Source: Lama glama
Taxonomy: Eukaryota
Reading direction: 5' to 3'
DNA length: 64,000 nucleotides
Assembly: GCA_028534125.1 (NCBI GenBank)
Contig: CM052817.1
Span: forward strand, 49,726,001-49,790,000
In this document: one piece after another, positions 51,701-64,000 of the stretch
How the letters are laid out: the number at the start of each line of letters is the position of its first letter
How positions within the stretch are numbered: position 1 is the stretch's first letter
Translations under genes and position numbers: made by a program
The notes under the pieces: generated by a model
Told to the model about the DNA's origin: nothing
Databases searched by the model: none
The model's input: only the letters and a program-made list of their open reading frames with translations

Positions 51701-54700
51701 CAGTCAGGTGTCAGACAATATTCCAGTTGTATTAATAAGTTTTTAAGTCATTTATCTTCACTACAGCCTGAAGGTAGATACTACTGTTACCTCCATTTTT
51801 CAGATAAGGAAATGAGGAGAAGTAAGGTAACTTCCCAGATTCACACAGCAAGTAGAAGGCAAAAGCAGAATTTGAATCCTTAGTCCAGCTTCAAAGTCTG
51901 TGCTCTCAACTGCTGCCTCTCTCATGGAGCTTAGTTTGCTGCAGAGGGGAGGAGGGTGATGTCAGGATAGGGAGATGCATAAGGAACATGTAAGACAGAC
52001 ATTCTTAAGGGAATAAAGTGTTTACAAAAGTTGAAAGTGTGTAGTAGAGGTAATAGAATCTACCTCATAGAGTGGTCGTGGAAATAAGAAGGAACCATCC
52101 ATGTGAAGCAAGGAAAGAAAACAGCAGTGTGAAGGTGATAAGGAAATTCACTCATTCTTCATTAAGTGACAAAGGGGAAAACTCAAATCCAGAGAAGTGA
52201 TTTGTCTAATGTCAAGTAGCTTTTCTGATCCCTTCAATACTGTTTCCCCACCACCCACCCCGCCATTGTGCATATTTCTTCCCAAGATAAAAGGTATCTA
52301 CAATATTTTTCCTGAGCTCTGAGGAATACATTCTATTGTGTAGGCTTCAAAAATATTAATGCTATTGACCTTGGAACTCTGCTCATTCCATTATGACACA
52401 AAGTCATTATAGGAAAATGATACTGAGAATTTCAATTCTTTCTTCTGCTTCTCTAGAAAATCTGGGCAAGAAGCCACTAGGATTCAGTTCAGAAGGGACT
52501 GAGTACAAGATGCTATTTTTAAAAATAAACTGATGAAACTAAGTATTACTCAATAGCATCTGAAACAACTAATCTTGGGTTTGGTCCATGATTCATTAGA
52601 AGCTACTCTTTTTCTGTGAGAACAATTATCGTTTGTTGGATATAGTTAAACAGAATTATCCAAGATAAATACATATGGGGTTCTGACTCCACTCCTTCCA
52701 AGTTACTAGTAATAACTCTTAACTAGTAGCATTGGGAGAATAATCCCAAGAAATTTTTGGATTCTCTACTCTACCATGCCCACTAACTTATTCCACCCAA
52801 TTTGTGCTGAAATGTCTTTCTTGCTGAGACTCTGACACTCAAAATATTACTTGGATTGTGTCTTATTTTTTTTAACATTTTTAAATTGATTTATAGTTCT
52901 AGGGTCAGTATATTTTAACAAAGCAGTTAGTTAAGGTTTTGAACATTTCATGATGATCTTATGCCAGAAGAGGGCTGTCTATGTACCTGGAGTCTAGGAA
53001 ACAGAAGAAACTAGTATGCCTTCAATAATATCATCCTGTTCTGTCTCAGAGCTACTCTGATCTAACTGTATCCAAAAATCTTTGTTACACAAAGTGTGGT
53101 CCTTGGACCAATAGCATCGGCATCACCTGGGAGCTTGCTGGAAATGCAGAATCTTGAGCCTAACCCCAGATTCACTCAATTTAAATTTGCATTTTTAAAT
53201 TCATATATGTATTAAAATTTAAGAAGTACTGAAATGAACAACTGCAACTGCTCTAAACAGCTACAAGTTTGGATACTTTCCAAGTAGCCAAAATGGAGAG
53301 AGAGGAACAGCAAGAGGTATCTTTGCATATTTAAATACGAATGAGCATGCCATCTAAACTGGGTGTGCAATAGATTTTCCATTTCTCTCCTGCAGAAACA
53401 GTGCCTTGGGTAAGTTAGAACTCACAGAGGAGCATTTTCTTCACTGAGTTTCAGGAACACTGTGTTCCTCAAAATGTTAGGTATTTCACAAATAAATGTT
53501 TCTTTGCTCATATAAATTTGAGAAAAACTGCTTAGTTCAGGCTGCATAAGGAAGAAAGAAACATTTGCAAAATAGCAAATAAGTAAATTTGCAGAATAGC
53601 AAATAAGAACAAAGACTTAGCCTATAGCTATGAACTACTTGGGAAAATCTATCTAAAATGAAACCTTTGACCTTGGTCTCATTATATGATGCCATAAGTA
53701 CCCAAAACAATCAGCTCTGAAAGACCACTTCTACTCTATTAAACAGTCAACTGTTTAAATAATTAAGCACCCAGCATGAGTAGTTTCTATATTGTTTCAT
53801 TCATTAGACTATTCATGCCTCTTTTAAGTGTAGGCTAGTAGAAGAAGTATAAATGAAAGTTTGTATTTCTTTCTTTTCTACTTGTAAGCCACAATAAAAG
53901 TTCATTTTCCCTGGGTCATGGTTCAATGCATTTTTAGTCTCATATATAAAATTATTTCACTTAGAACAATGGGTAATTATATGTATTTAGTAAATATTAA
54001 TTGATAACTGCCTAAATTATATACACACACACTGATTTTCATAATGCCAAGTGCTTTTACTTATTACTGAATACCTAAGGCTATAATAATGGGAAGTTCT
54101 TTATGAAATCTGTAAAATCCTTTATGAAATCTATAAATCTTCAAATCTATAAATCCAAACCCTCAGTCATGTCCTTTGCTCTAAAGCAAAGACTCTAAAT
54201 CCAACATATTTAATGTCTTCTATAATCTCAATTGATTTTATTTTTCCAGATTATTTTCCACTTACTTGCCTACAAGGCCAATTATCGTTCTCCAAGAACA
54301 CTTTGCACTTTTCATCTCTTTTGTTTCTGTTTTTCTATCTACTCAGAAGTTCTACCCGTCCTGCAAAGTATAGCTCACATGCTACATGTTCCATGAAGAT
54401 TCCTAACAGTCCCTCCATCCTTTAACCAAAAGTTACTTATCTGACCTCTCAATTTCTGTAACATTTGGAGTGCTTATGTGGCACTTTTTACCTATCACTC
54501 TAAAGTTACTTAAGGAATTTTATCTTATTTATTTTTGCATGTCTAGCAAAATAATAGGCATGTAAAACTAATATTTCTAAGTAAAGAAATTAATGATTAC
54601 AGGAGAAGAGTTGAAAACTAATATTAATTTTTCTCTACTGCAAAAAGTACCTCAATGGAGGCAACTGTGGACATGTGCCCTTTGGTGTAAAGTATCCGTG

Positions 54701-57700
54701 TGATAACACCCAGGTGTTAAGTTGGAAGAAACTGGAGTACACAATAAATGTTACAACTAAAGATATAAATTAGAAGTCATCTTTGAAAAAAAAAAGTGTA
54801 TAAAGTAAGCTGAAAAAGTGTGGACTAGGTTAAAAAAAAAGGACTAGAATAAGTAAATAGGAAAAATTGAGTATTTTGAATGAAGTGCACTTTGTTCTCT
54901 TGATGATAAATTAAATATAAACAGGGTAATATATAAGATTAAATTGATTAACGAAAAGAATTTCATCTTACTCTAAAGTGCTTCTTTAGCACTTTATAAT
55001 TTATATAGCATAAATACTATGTTTTAATTCTCACAAAATTCTGTGTGGTGAGTATTGTTATCACCATTATATAGCTAGGGAACTGAGACTCCATGCTGTT
55101 TGAAGGACTCATTTAAGATTACTGAACAGCTACTGGTATAACAATCTTTAGTTCTTGAGTTCTTTCTAGTATATATTTCCTAGTTGTCCCTACAATAATT
55201 TCTTAAATTCTGGAAAACTTTTTCAGAATTTACAAACAACTGTCATATACATTTTATTTGGTTCTTTTTGGATAAGGAAGGTATTGTTTTGTCCATTTTT
55301 AAAACAAGACAACTAGAGTTTGGAAAAGTTATGATTTACGTGAGATCTCACAGCTTAGATTTGACAGAGAGAGTATCTGAATCCATACCTCCTAACTCCA
55401 CTTCTGTTTCCACATCCCATTAGAAAAGTCTTTTACAATGCAAGAATTAAACACTATGCTCAGAAGTTTAAAGTCAATTAAAACAATCTTTTATATATCA
55501 GATCCTTCTTTTCAGAAACATGACTGATATTAGAATGAAGGATATCTCAAAAAGAAAAAAATGATCATTTTTAACTTCCTCACTTATTGCAGAAATATAA
55601 AGTGAACATTATTAACAAAGAACATATTACAAAACTGGAACAATTTTTCAATGTCACTAGATCCAAATAAATTAAACTTTGATATACTGTGATGAAGCAT
55701 AACCTATCATTTTTCCCTTCTCTAATAATTGTTTAATACTGCCTAAGATACATCCTCAAACACTACAACCCAGTAAAAAAAATTTAATCAAGTAATTGCT
55801 GCAAAGCATCTTAATATATATTTCAAAGATTTAACAATAAATTGGAGAAAGAATGCCCATAAACTTCCAGTATATGAAAATGATCCCTTAGGGTTTAGAA
55901 CAAATTAGACAAAGTATGAACAGAGCATCATAAGAAAGGAATTTATTTTTCTCCTAGCAGTAAGGATGGATTTGTCTTATTGTGGCCTCACCCTCTCATG
56001 GGGTTGTTTCTGTGGCCTAGATCTGTTAGAAAGAACCTGAGTTCCAGGTACAGCCTGAGTCCTAGGAAAAGAAGAACTTAACTAGCCTGTGAAGTAACTG
56101 AGCTCACACTCTTGGCTTCCCTGGCAGCAGGTTCTCCTGAACCATCATGAACCCCCAACTCAACAACTACATGCATATATACATACGCACATGCTTACAT
56201 ACGTACGTACTAGTCATTTGTCCATATCAATTTGCAAACTTTATGAGAAGAATTTGAATCCTAGATTGGCTTTCCCCACAAGTAGCAGATTCCAGAACTC
56301 TGACACATCATTTCAGGCCTGCTGTGGACAGTTGTGCAGTTTGTGCAGTGTACAAAAATGCTTGGCTCAGAGGGAGACTGAAAGCCAAGATGGCACCTCT
56401 GCTGCCTGCCAAGCTGTGTGCCCCAGAGTAGAGCTGCATGCAGCCCAAAGAACACCCTTTTATAATTGTCTCTGTCTCCCAGAGAAGTTACCTTTTCCTA
56501 ATAATCAAAAAAGTATAGCATAGTCTTGTTCAGGTCCCTTACCACTTGCCCAGTCTCTGTATCCTCAACTGGTATAAAGTGATTTATATCCTCAAGGAAT
56601 GGAAACTTATTTAAATGCTACCCAAGACAAAATTAAATTGGAAAATAAATCATTGAGTTAAAAGAAAGTCATGCAGTGCATTCCAAAGGTACACGCATAC
56701 AAAATATTGTGGGTTTGTGATTCAAGGATAAGAATTTTATCTTCCATATAAACCCGGAGTTTTCAAAATGCATTATGGTTTAATAAAACAAATATATTCA
56801 AGAATCCTTAAAACTATGGCACTGACTCTGCAATCATCCAGCTGTGCATTCCTGAATAATTCTGTCTCTCTTTTCTTTTAGAATATACTTAAGGTTATCA
56901 AGAACAACAACAACAACAAAAACCGTAAGAAATAGATAAATAAAGTATTGGAGTAGATGAGTGATTTGCTGGAAATAGGAAAGGATCCTTTTCCCACAAC
57001 TCAAATTCAAAGAGAGAAGCTACTCTATTTTCACCTATTTTATATCACTGAGCTTCCAAGCTTTTCGAGAACTTGAACAACTTAAAAAATTAAATCATTG
57101 AAATGGATAGTCCCTATTGCCTGCCTCATGACAACCACCTAGAGTTAATGAAAGGTACTTAAACAGAGTAAGTCCCTCTACTTTGGAAACATTTCTCGTA
57201 CTCTTCGTAACTCCAATTTATAATGTAAACACATACATACTCAAGTATGTGTGTTTGTGTATCCTGCAATACAAGGTCTGTAGAAGTATTTTTGAACTTT
57301 CCATTTCTTAGTATCAACAATAAGGTAGTAAATGTGATAGAAATTAATAATAACAACATGATAATTAACAGAAAACTTCCTGCTATCTGAAGTGGCCACT
57401 TGCAGTTTGAGCATGACAGACCTGGATTCGCATTCCAACTCTCTTACTAGCTAAGTAACTAGGCTTCTCATTCATTATCTGTAAACCAGGGTTTTTAAGC
57501 AAGGATTAAATTAAATGATGTAAAAAAGTTCAGCCAGGTACATGGTAACCACCCGATAGATGGCAAAGATTATTCTCTGATCTGTATTTTTTTCAGTGTT
57601 TAAAATAAGAATGCACGGCACACAATCCTATATAAAGTCCCTCCAAACAATAGAAAAATTATTTTAAACCCATTTTTGCAGAGCCATTCATCAACTTTTC

Positions 57701-60700
57701 CATAGCAATGCCTGATGTGGACTCTGTAATGGGTACTGTGCTAGGAATGGGGCATATCCTGGCAGACAAGATGCATTTCCATCTTTCAGGAGCCACAGTC
57801 CAGATGTGGACGCAGGCACATGAAGGGATAAGGATTATAATAGAAAATCACTGAGCATTATGAAATCAGATGAGGGGCAGCAAGGGGAGAAAAAGTTAAC
57901 TACCTAGAGGGAAATTAAAGATGTTTGAATTATTTCAAGGATAAAATGAGAAGTATCCAGGCAGCTGAGATATGAAAGTTTCCAGGCAAAAGACAGCACA
58001 CACAGAAGCGGCTGTGACATTTGATCTGGCTGGGGTTAGGTGGCAAGTGAGAATGTGGCAGAAGTTGAAATTGCAGATGTGATTTGATTAGCCTTAAGTG
58101 CCCTGGAAAGTTTGGATGCCATCTGAGAACTCTGATGGGCAATAGATAAATTTCAAATGAAGTATCAGAAGGGGAGGATGCCAGATTCTAAGATTTACAT
58201 TTTTAAAATCCCTAGAAGAATCGTAAAGAATTGATTGCAAAGAAGCAAAAACCTTTAATTCAGTCTAGATTCCTTTTTTCCCCATATCTCATAAGTGAAT
58301 CACCAGCAAATCCTCTAAGGTCTGAATGCAAAATATACCCAGACTCTGACCACTTCTCACCACCTCCATTGCTACCACCCTTGTCTAAACTACCATCATC
58401 TCTCACTTAAATTATTTAATAATCTCCTAAGTGGTCTCCCACTGCATCCCAGGGCCACTACTCCCTGCAAAGTGCCCAGAGTGATACTACTAAAGAAATA
58501 GATCTGATGTTAATCTTTTGTTCAATACCCTCTAAGACTTGTCTCACTCAAAATAAAGACCGAAGTCCTTACATGCAAAGCCCTAAGTGATCTTTCCCGA
58601 GCTGCTAACTCCTAGTTTCTTATCTTTCTGCCCTCATTTTTCTTCAGTGCCCGCCACCCCTGACTTTCTCACTCCACTCCAGTTTGGCTGCCTCTCTTTC
58701 TGGTCCTCAAACTTACTGCATGAGCTCCTGGCTCAGGGCCTTCAAACTCTGTTCATCTGCCTAGATAATTCTCCCCCTGATATTTTCATGGCTTGCTCAC
58801 TCAACTCCTTCTAGTCTTTACTCAAATGTCACCTCCTCAAGAAGGCTGGTCACTCAATCTAAATTTTTAGCACCCCCATACACACCCCCTTCCCCACCTC
58901 TCTGCTTTTTTGTTCCCTTTATTTTACTTATTTATCTTACACATTTCTCTCCCGACACTATGAGGATTGCTATGACTGTTTCTTTTCATTGTATTCCCAG
59001 CAATTAAATTTTGCCTAGAACACTGCAGTCACTCACCAAATAGCTCTTGAATGAACTGACTAGTTAATGGAAGAAGGGAGATCAGTTAAGAGGCCTTTCT
59101 TGTAATACAAGCAAGATGATAGCAGCCAGAATTAAGAAAGAGATAGACAGAATGGACAGAGAGATTTAGACAGTAGGATAAGAATCATTTGATGACCTCT
59201 TAAATGTGGGAAGTTACCAAGAGGGAGCAGGTACAGCTAATTCCTGGGTCTTTAACTTAAGGTACCAGGTAGATGGTGGTGACATTTATCAATAGTAGAA
59301 ATAGGGAAGCATGAGTACAGGGTGGAGAAAAAGACAGCAAGTCCAGTTTTGAACTGAACTGTTGTATTTAAGGAGGTTTTAGGACATCCATAAGATGTCC
59401 AATGCATAATTGGAAATGATGGTGTGGAGCTCAAAGACAAGGTCTGAGCTGAAGATCTATCTTAGGAAATATTACCTTATTAAATGCTTGCTGAAACTAT
59501 GGCATAGTATGGGATCATCAAGGAAGAATGCATATCAAGGGAAAACAACCATGGGCCAAATCTTTATTATCATACCTGAAATCTTATTTAAGTGGACACA
59601 AAATTGTTTAGAAGTCCTCTATATACATACATATTACGTACAATTGAATTTGCAATTACCCTGTCACTGTTTTCCTCTATTCTTGCAAATAATGGAAAGT
59701 TATTGGCAAGTGGTTCTATTAATCCACAACCATATATTTGTAACTATGTGCCAATGGCAGAAATTAACATGTATTCCTACATAAATATGATATATTAATG
59801 TAAGGTGTACTTTCAAATCAAAATTAAATCAACAATTATTTTATTGCACATTTAATATGTGTAAGGACAAAATCTGAGCACTCAATTTAATAAAGCTCTC
59901 AACAGATGTTGGCTTTCTTAGCCTCCTCCAAGTGATATCAGGAGAGATAGGAGTCCCAAAGCTTTTCCATCTCTTGTAGTGTGAGGGAGGAAGTGTATGT
60001 CAGAGGAAGTCCACATTCCTTGATTCTAATCACCCTGATTTCCATTTCCAAATCTGTCACTCCTGATAAATTATGAGTTATTTACTCTCTGAGCTTCAGT
60101 TTTCCTATCTTCCAAACAGGTATCATAATACCTACATTATGGCTAATATGAAGACTGGCAATATACCTGCACAGTGTCTGACACTTAGGCTCTCATAATG
60201 AAAGTATAGAATAAGTTTTCCAACATTCATGTAATTTTCCAAGTCAATGAAAGAGAGTAAGAAAGAGGGGGAAGCTGGTTAAAAATATCACAATTGCATA
60301 TCTGTTTTGCTATTTAAATGCAAGCACTAAGAATTTCATTGATCAGAGTCCTGCTTTAAAAGCAAAGTATTTGCTTGCAGATTTCCATTGCATATGAGTC
60401 AAAATTCGGACAGCATTAGCAAACATATTTTCTCTAGTAGACTGCAAAGTAAATACTACACACAATTTAGTGCATGTTGGTATAAGCTTTATAATCAGCC
60501 ACATACAGAGGTTCAATGACAAGTTGCCCTACTAACAAGAGAGCAGATATTTCTTCAGCTGTTTCTATAGGGTGGAGCAACCCATTCTTTTGTAATTAAT
60601 TACGGCTTGTGAGATTAAGGTAATTTGAGGTCCACACCCTTTGTTCATTGAGTCATATGTCCATGGTGCTTTTCAGGCATTGAGTTTAAGATGCTTTCCG

Positions 60701-62800
60701 TGAACTAAAGCAAAATTGGCGCGAAAGTCATTCCCATGGGAGGCTTATCCAAGCTAAAGCATATGCTGACTCTAGCCTTTGTTGTTTTTTGGGGAGACAG
60801 AGGGTGGTTGACTTCCAACTTAATCTTTGGTTTTTAGGAACTTCTCAATCTATCACTCATAAATCTTGACACTTCTGCTCATTTCTGGAAATATAGTCAG
60901 TTTCCTGGTTATTGAGATGGAGGGTCAATCAATATGCAACTTATTTGGGTTGGCTTTCCTCCAATTCTACCTTTTTCTGGCTTTCCCACTGCTCAGCACC
61001 ACTGACATTTACTAAACTCACAATGCCAAACACAGCAATTGTAACCACATGTCATTGGTACAACAAACCCATAAGGAAACACAAGCGTAAACTGAGGATC
61101 AAAAAGTCATCAAATGTCAATGTGCCAATTTTCTCCTATAAGAAAATCACTACAGTAGTCATTCCCAAATGGTGGACTCTGGACCAGTAAAAGTCAGTTT
61201 TTACCAGTCATTAGCAAAATGAATTTTAAGAGCAATGTAATAAGAAGACATCACTAAGCTAAAGCTAAAGAACATCTTTTTTGTTATTCTGAGATTAAGT
61301 CCTTCCTACTTTTATATATTTAAAAGCCCTTTTATTAAACAATAATGTTTGAGCATGGTCAATTTTTGTAATTTTTAATATGTTTATTCAACAAAATTGA
61401 AAGTTGGCAAGTCTATATCTACCTCTAATAACTTCTGCAATGATACTGGTCTCAGAGACATAACTTACAACGTGCAGGTAGTACTATGTAAAATACCAGG
61501 AATTGCCTTTTCATCAGTGTATGAGTCAGTTAGAGCCCAAACACCACCAGGTGATCCTGCTGTGAAACCTAAAGTCTCGGAATCTGACTCTCAGAGCATT
61601 CCCTTCACACTTACACGAGAATGTTAACAAAACAAATAAGAGAAATGAAAACCAGACTATATTCTGGCCAAATGTAACTGCTTTTTAGCTCTGTTAAGGC
61701 TTTTAAAACTAAAACACACCCAGGAATTAACACATGCAATAAATATTTATAAATATCATAAATCTATGAACCCCCTATATATGCCAGGCACATAAGTGTC
61801 AGAAACATACACATGAATAGAATCTTTATCCTCAAGGCTCTCACAGCTTAGTGGATAACCTATTTAATAGAAATATATACTTTATACACCTAACATAACC
61901 TCACTGATTTTCAAAACAGCCTTGTGAGGCAGGTATTATTCCCATTTTCAGATGAAGAAAGTCTTAGATAAATGACAATAAGATCTCCAAGCAAACAAGG
62001 GATAAAATAGGAATTCACACTCAGCTCTTCCGGTGACCTCTCCAGTGTGAGTGTGTGCGGTGGTGGGGAGGGAGGCAGTGAAGAAAACAGTACCTGGGTT
62101 ATACACCAAATGTAATACCAGACACTGTGTTAGTATAAATCTATTGGCTTACACTGAAATTGATGAATCCATGGGTGAAAAAAAAATGATAAATTACGCA
62201 AATCCTCTGCTGCTGGTATAGTTCTAATTCATTTCAGGTGCCTGCTACTCTCCTGAATCTCAGCTCTCAGCCTCTGGCCATACCCCCATTTTAATAATAT
62301 GGAGAATAGTACAGTGGGAAATGCTACTGTTCTGACTCCATTCACCCCTCTCTCTACTCAAAATGATCCCTCTTCAGCACATCCCTGGGGATGGTGCCCA
62401 GATAAGGGAGCTTACTATAGCAGTGTCCAACATAGGGTCTTGGAAGAAGTTGTAGTAAAATAGAAAAGAGTTATTATTATTCTTGAGAACTTCATCAACT
62501 GGCAGAAGAAGGAAAAGCAATTGCAAACCACAGGTCAGATTCACTTATTCTTCTACCAAACTACCTAAATGTCAACATTTTAGTGCTGAAAAAAATTGGA
62601 AAGAAAAAACATTAAGGAGAGTGATATTCAGTTCGGTTTCATTTCCAAAACAATGTTCCTATCAAAAACCAGTCATTTTTCTATAAATAGAGCCACGTGC
62701 AAGCTAACAGGCTTAGGAAGGCAGAAAATGATCATGAGCACTGAAATGACGGATTCTCTAAGTGAAATGAGTGGCCTCCGATTTTCTTCCCCTTTCTAAG

Positions 62801-62922
62801 GCCAGCACGGGTGCCATCGGCCTCAAGATCCCTGAACCCATTCATAGTGTGTTTGGTTGTCGTCGCAGTGGTGGTGATCCTGGCATTGATCATAGGTCTA
62901 CTTGTCTACTTTTTTGCTTTTG
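62801..62922 (+). CDS. TMPRSS11D: TMPRSS11D exon 2: cytoplasmic tail and type II signal anchor (R)PARVPSASRSLNPFIVCLVVVAVVVILALIIGLLVYFFAF(D); gene continues beyond the window
   Basis: ctaag|G acceptor and G|gtaagt donor; 122 nt; long hydrophobic helix; matches recalled HAT N-terminus and the known order TMPRSS11A then TMPRSS11D. Confidence 0.92.
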
Positions 62923-64000
62923 GTAAGTACCAGAAGGTTGGAAGTACCACTTTTCAAATGAATTAACTAAATATACCTTCAGATTAAAAGTCTGGCATTC
63001 TCTCTTTTATTGCCACTTTTATCTCTTAATATAAGATAATTATGTTTCCTATATACCTCTAAAACTACATGCTCATGTCTATATTTTCTCTAATTCGGCA
63101 TTTTTTCTCTTCTCTTTTTTTTGGGGGGGGTGCTTTTTTTTTTTTTTTTAGTATACTAAACAACATTATTACCCAGGCAAGAATTATTCTAGCCAAGGGA
63201 AAAAAACTCTCAATACTTTCATGATGCTAGAGTCAGCTCATATTGTTTTTCATTAATATGATTTCCTTCTTCATTTAATAACCTGATAAAGTTGTAAAAA
63301 TAAAATATTACAAAGAAACTGAAATTTCAACATCTAGAAGTTGGATGTACCTAAGTATTCATTAATTCATGCCCCGTCTCCTGAAAACAATCTTAGGAAC
63401 AGGACAGTTATGACAGGAGATGAATTTGCAGTTTAGAAGTAGCAAGGGGTAAAAAACAAACTTTAAAAAGGGTTCTGTTCTTTTTTGTCTTATTTTAATT
63501 TTTTATTATGTCATAATAACTAGGAAACATAGACAAGAAACAGTACAAAGAATGCATATGCCCTGCTCATTCACAAACAACTTAACCTAGTATCTCAGTA
63601 AATATTCTTCCAATTGTTTTAATGTAGATATGTGTCAAATTTCACTAGATAATCTATGTTATAACCTGTTTTTTTAACCTGAAAATATACTTTTGAGTTT
63701 TTTTTTTTTATTTCAGCTATAATCCTGTTAAATCATTTAAATCACTGGGGTAGGGGCTGTGAGGGCATAAGGGTATGTGCGAGTATGGAGACTGAACAAG
63801 AAAAAATTTATTTATTGCAGTAACTAGGAATAATCTTTTCAGTCAATCCACTTTGGAAGTTGTGGCTAAATTTTGTTTTTGACTACATTTTGCTATCAAA
63901 TCACCTGGAGTCAACTATGTCTAAGGTGAATTACAGAGGCAGGAAAAACAAATATCAAGTTTCAGATTAAACTAATGAATTTTCACTTTTAATGACACTG

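Noticed and set aside
60660..61630. Unique-looking stretch with 92-aa and 76-aa ORFs, a possible processed pseudogene
   Set aside because: No recognisable homology, poly(A) tail or TSD; non-ATG starts
63114..63150. T-run/G-run/T-run resembling the end of a camelid SINE
   Set aside because: Only homopolymers; no SINE body, A/B boxes or TSD

Overview
AT-rich, CpG-poor mammalian genomic DNA from the HAT/DESC (TMPRSS11) type II transmembrane serine protease cluster. A young L1 3' tail suggests a camelid, but that is an inference from recalled repeat consensus. The + strand carries the last seven coding exons of TMPRSS11A (13304-29762). They splice in frame to 1002 nt (333 aa plus stop), covering the C-terminal SEA region, the R|IMSG activation site and an intact His/Asp/Ser triad; the first exons lie upstream of the window. 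Downstream are exon 1 (ATG at 44273) and the transmembrane exon 2 (62801-62922) of TMPRSS11D (HAT). The rest is intronic or intergenic: L1, L2, L3/CR1, MIR, MaLR/MLT2 LTRs, an ERVK-like LTR, an ERVL gag/integrase relic, Tigger/MER DNA transposons and two 100-N gaps. I find no support for a wholly new biological system. The best leads are an out-of-frame uORF overlapping the TMPRSS11D start, a gap-interrupted ERVK-like LTR, two candidate antisense exons, a poly(A)-only retrotransposition scar and a perfect hairpin upstream of TMPRSS11D. Gene and repeat family names come from recognition, not database searches, and repeat boundaries are approximate.
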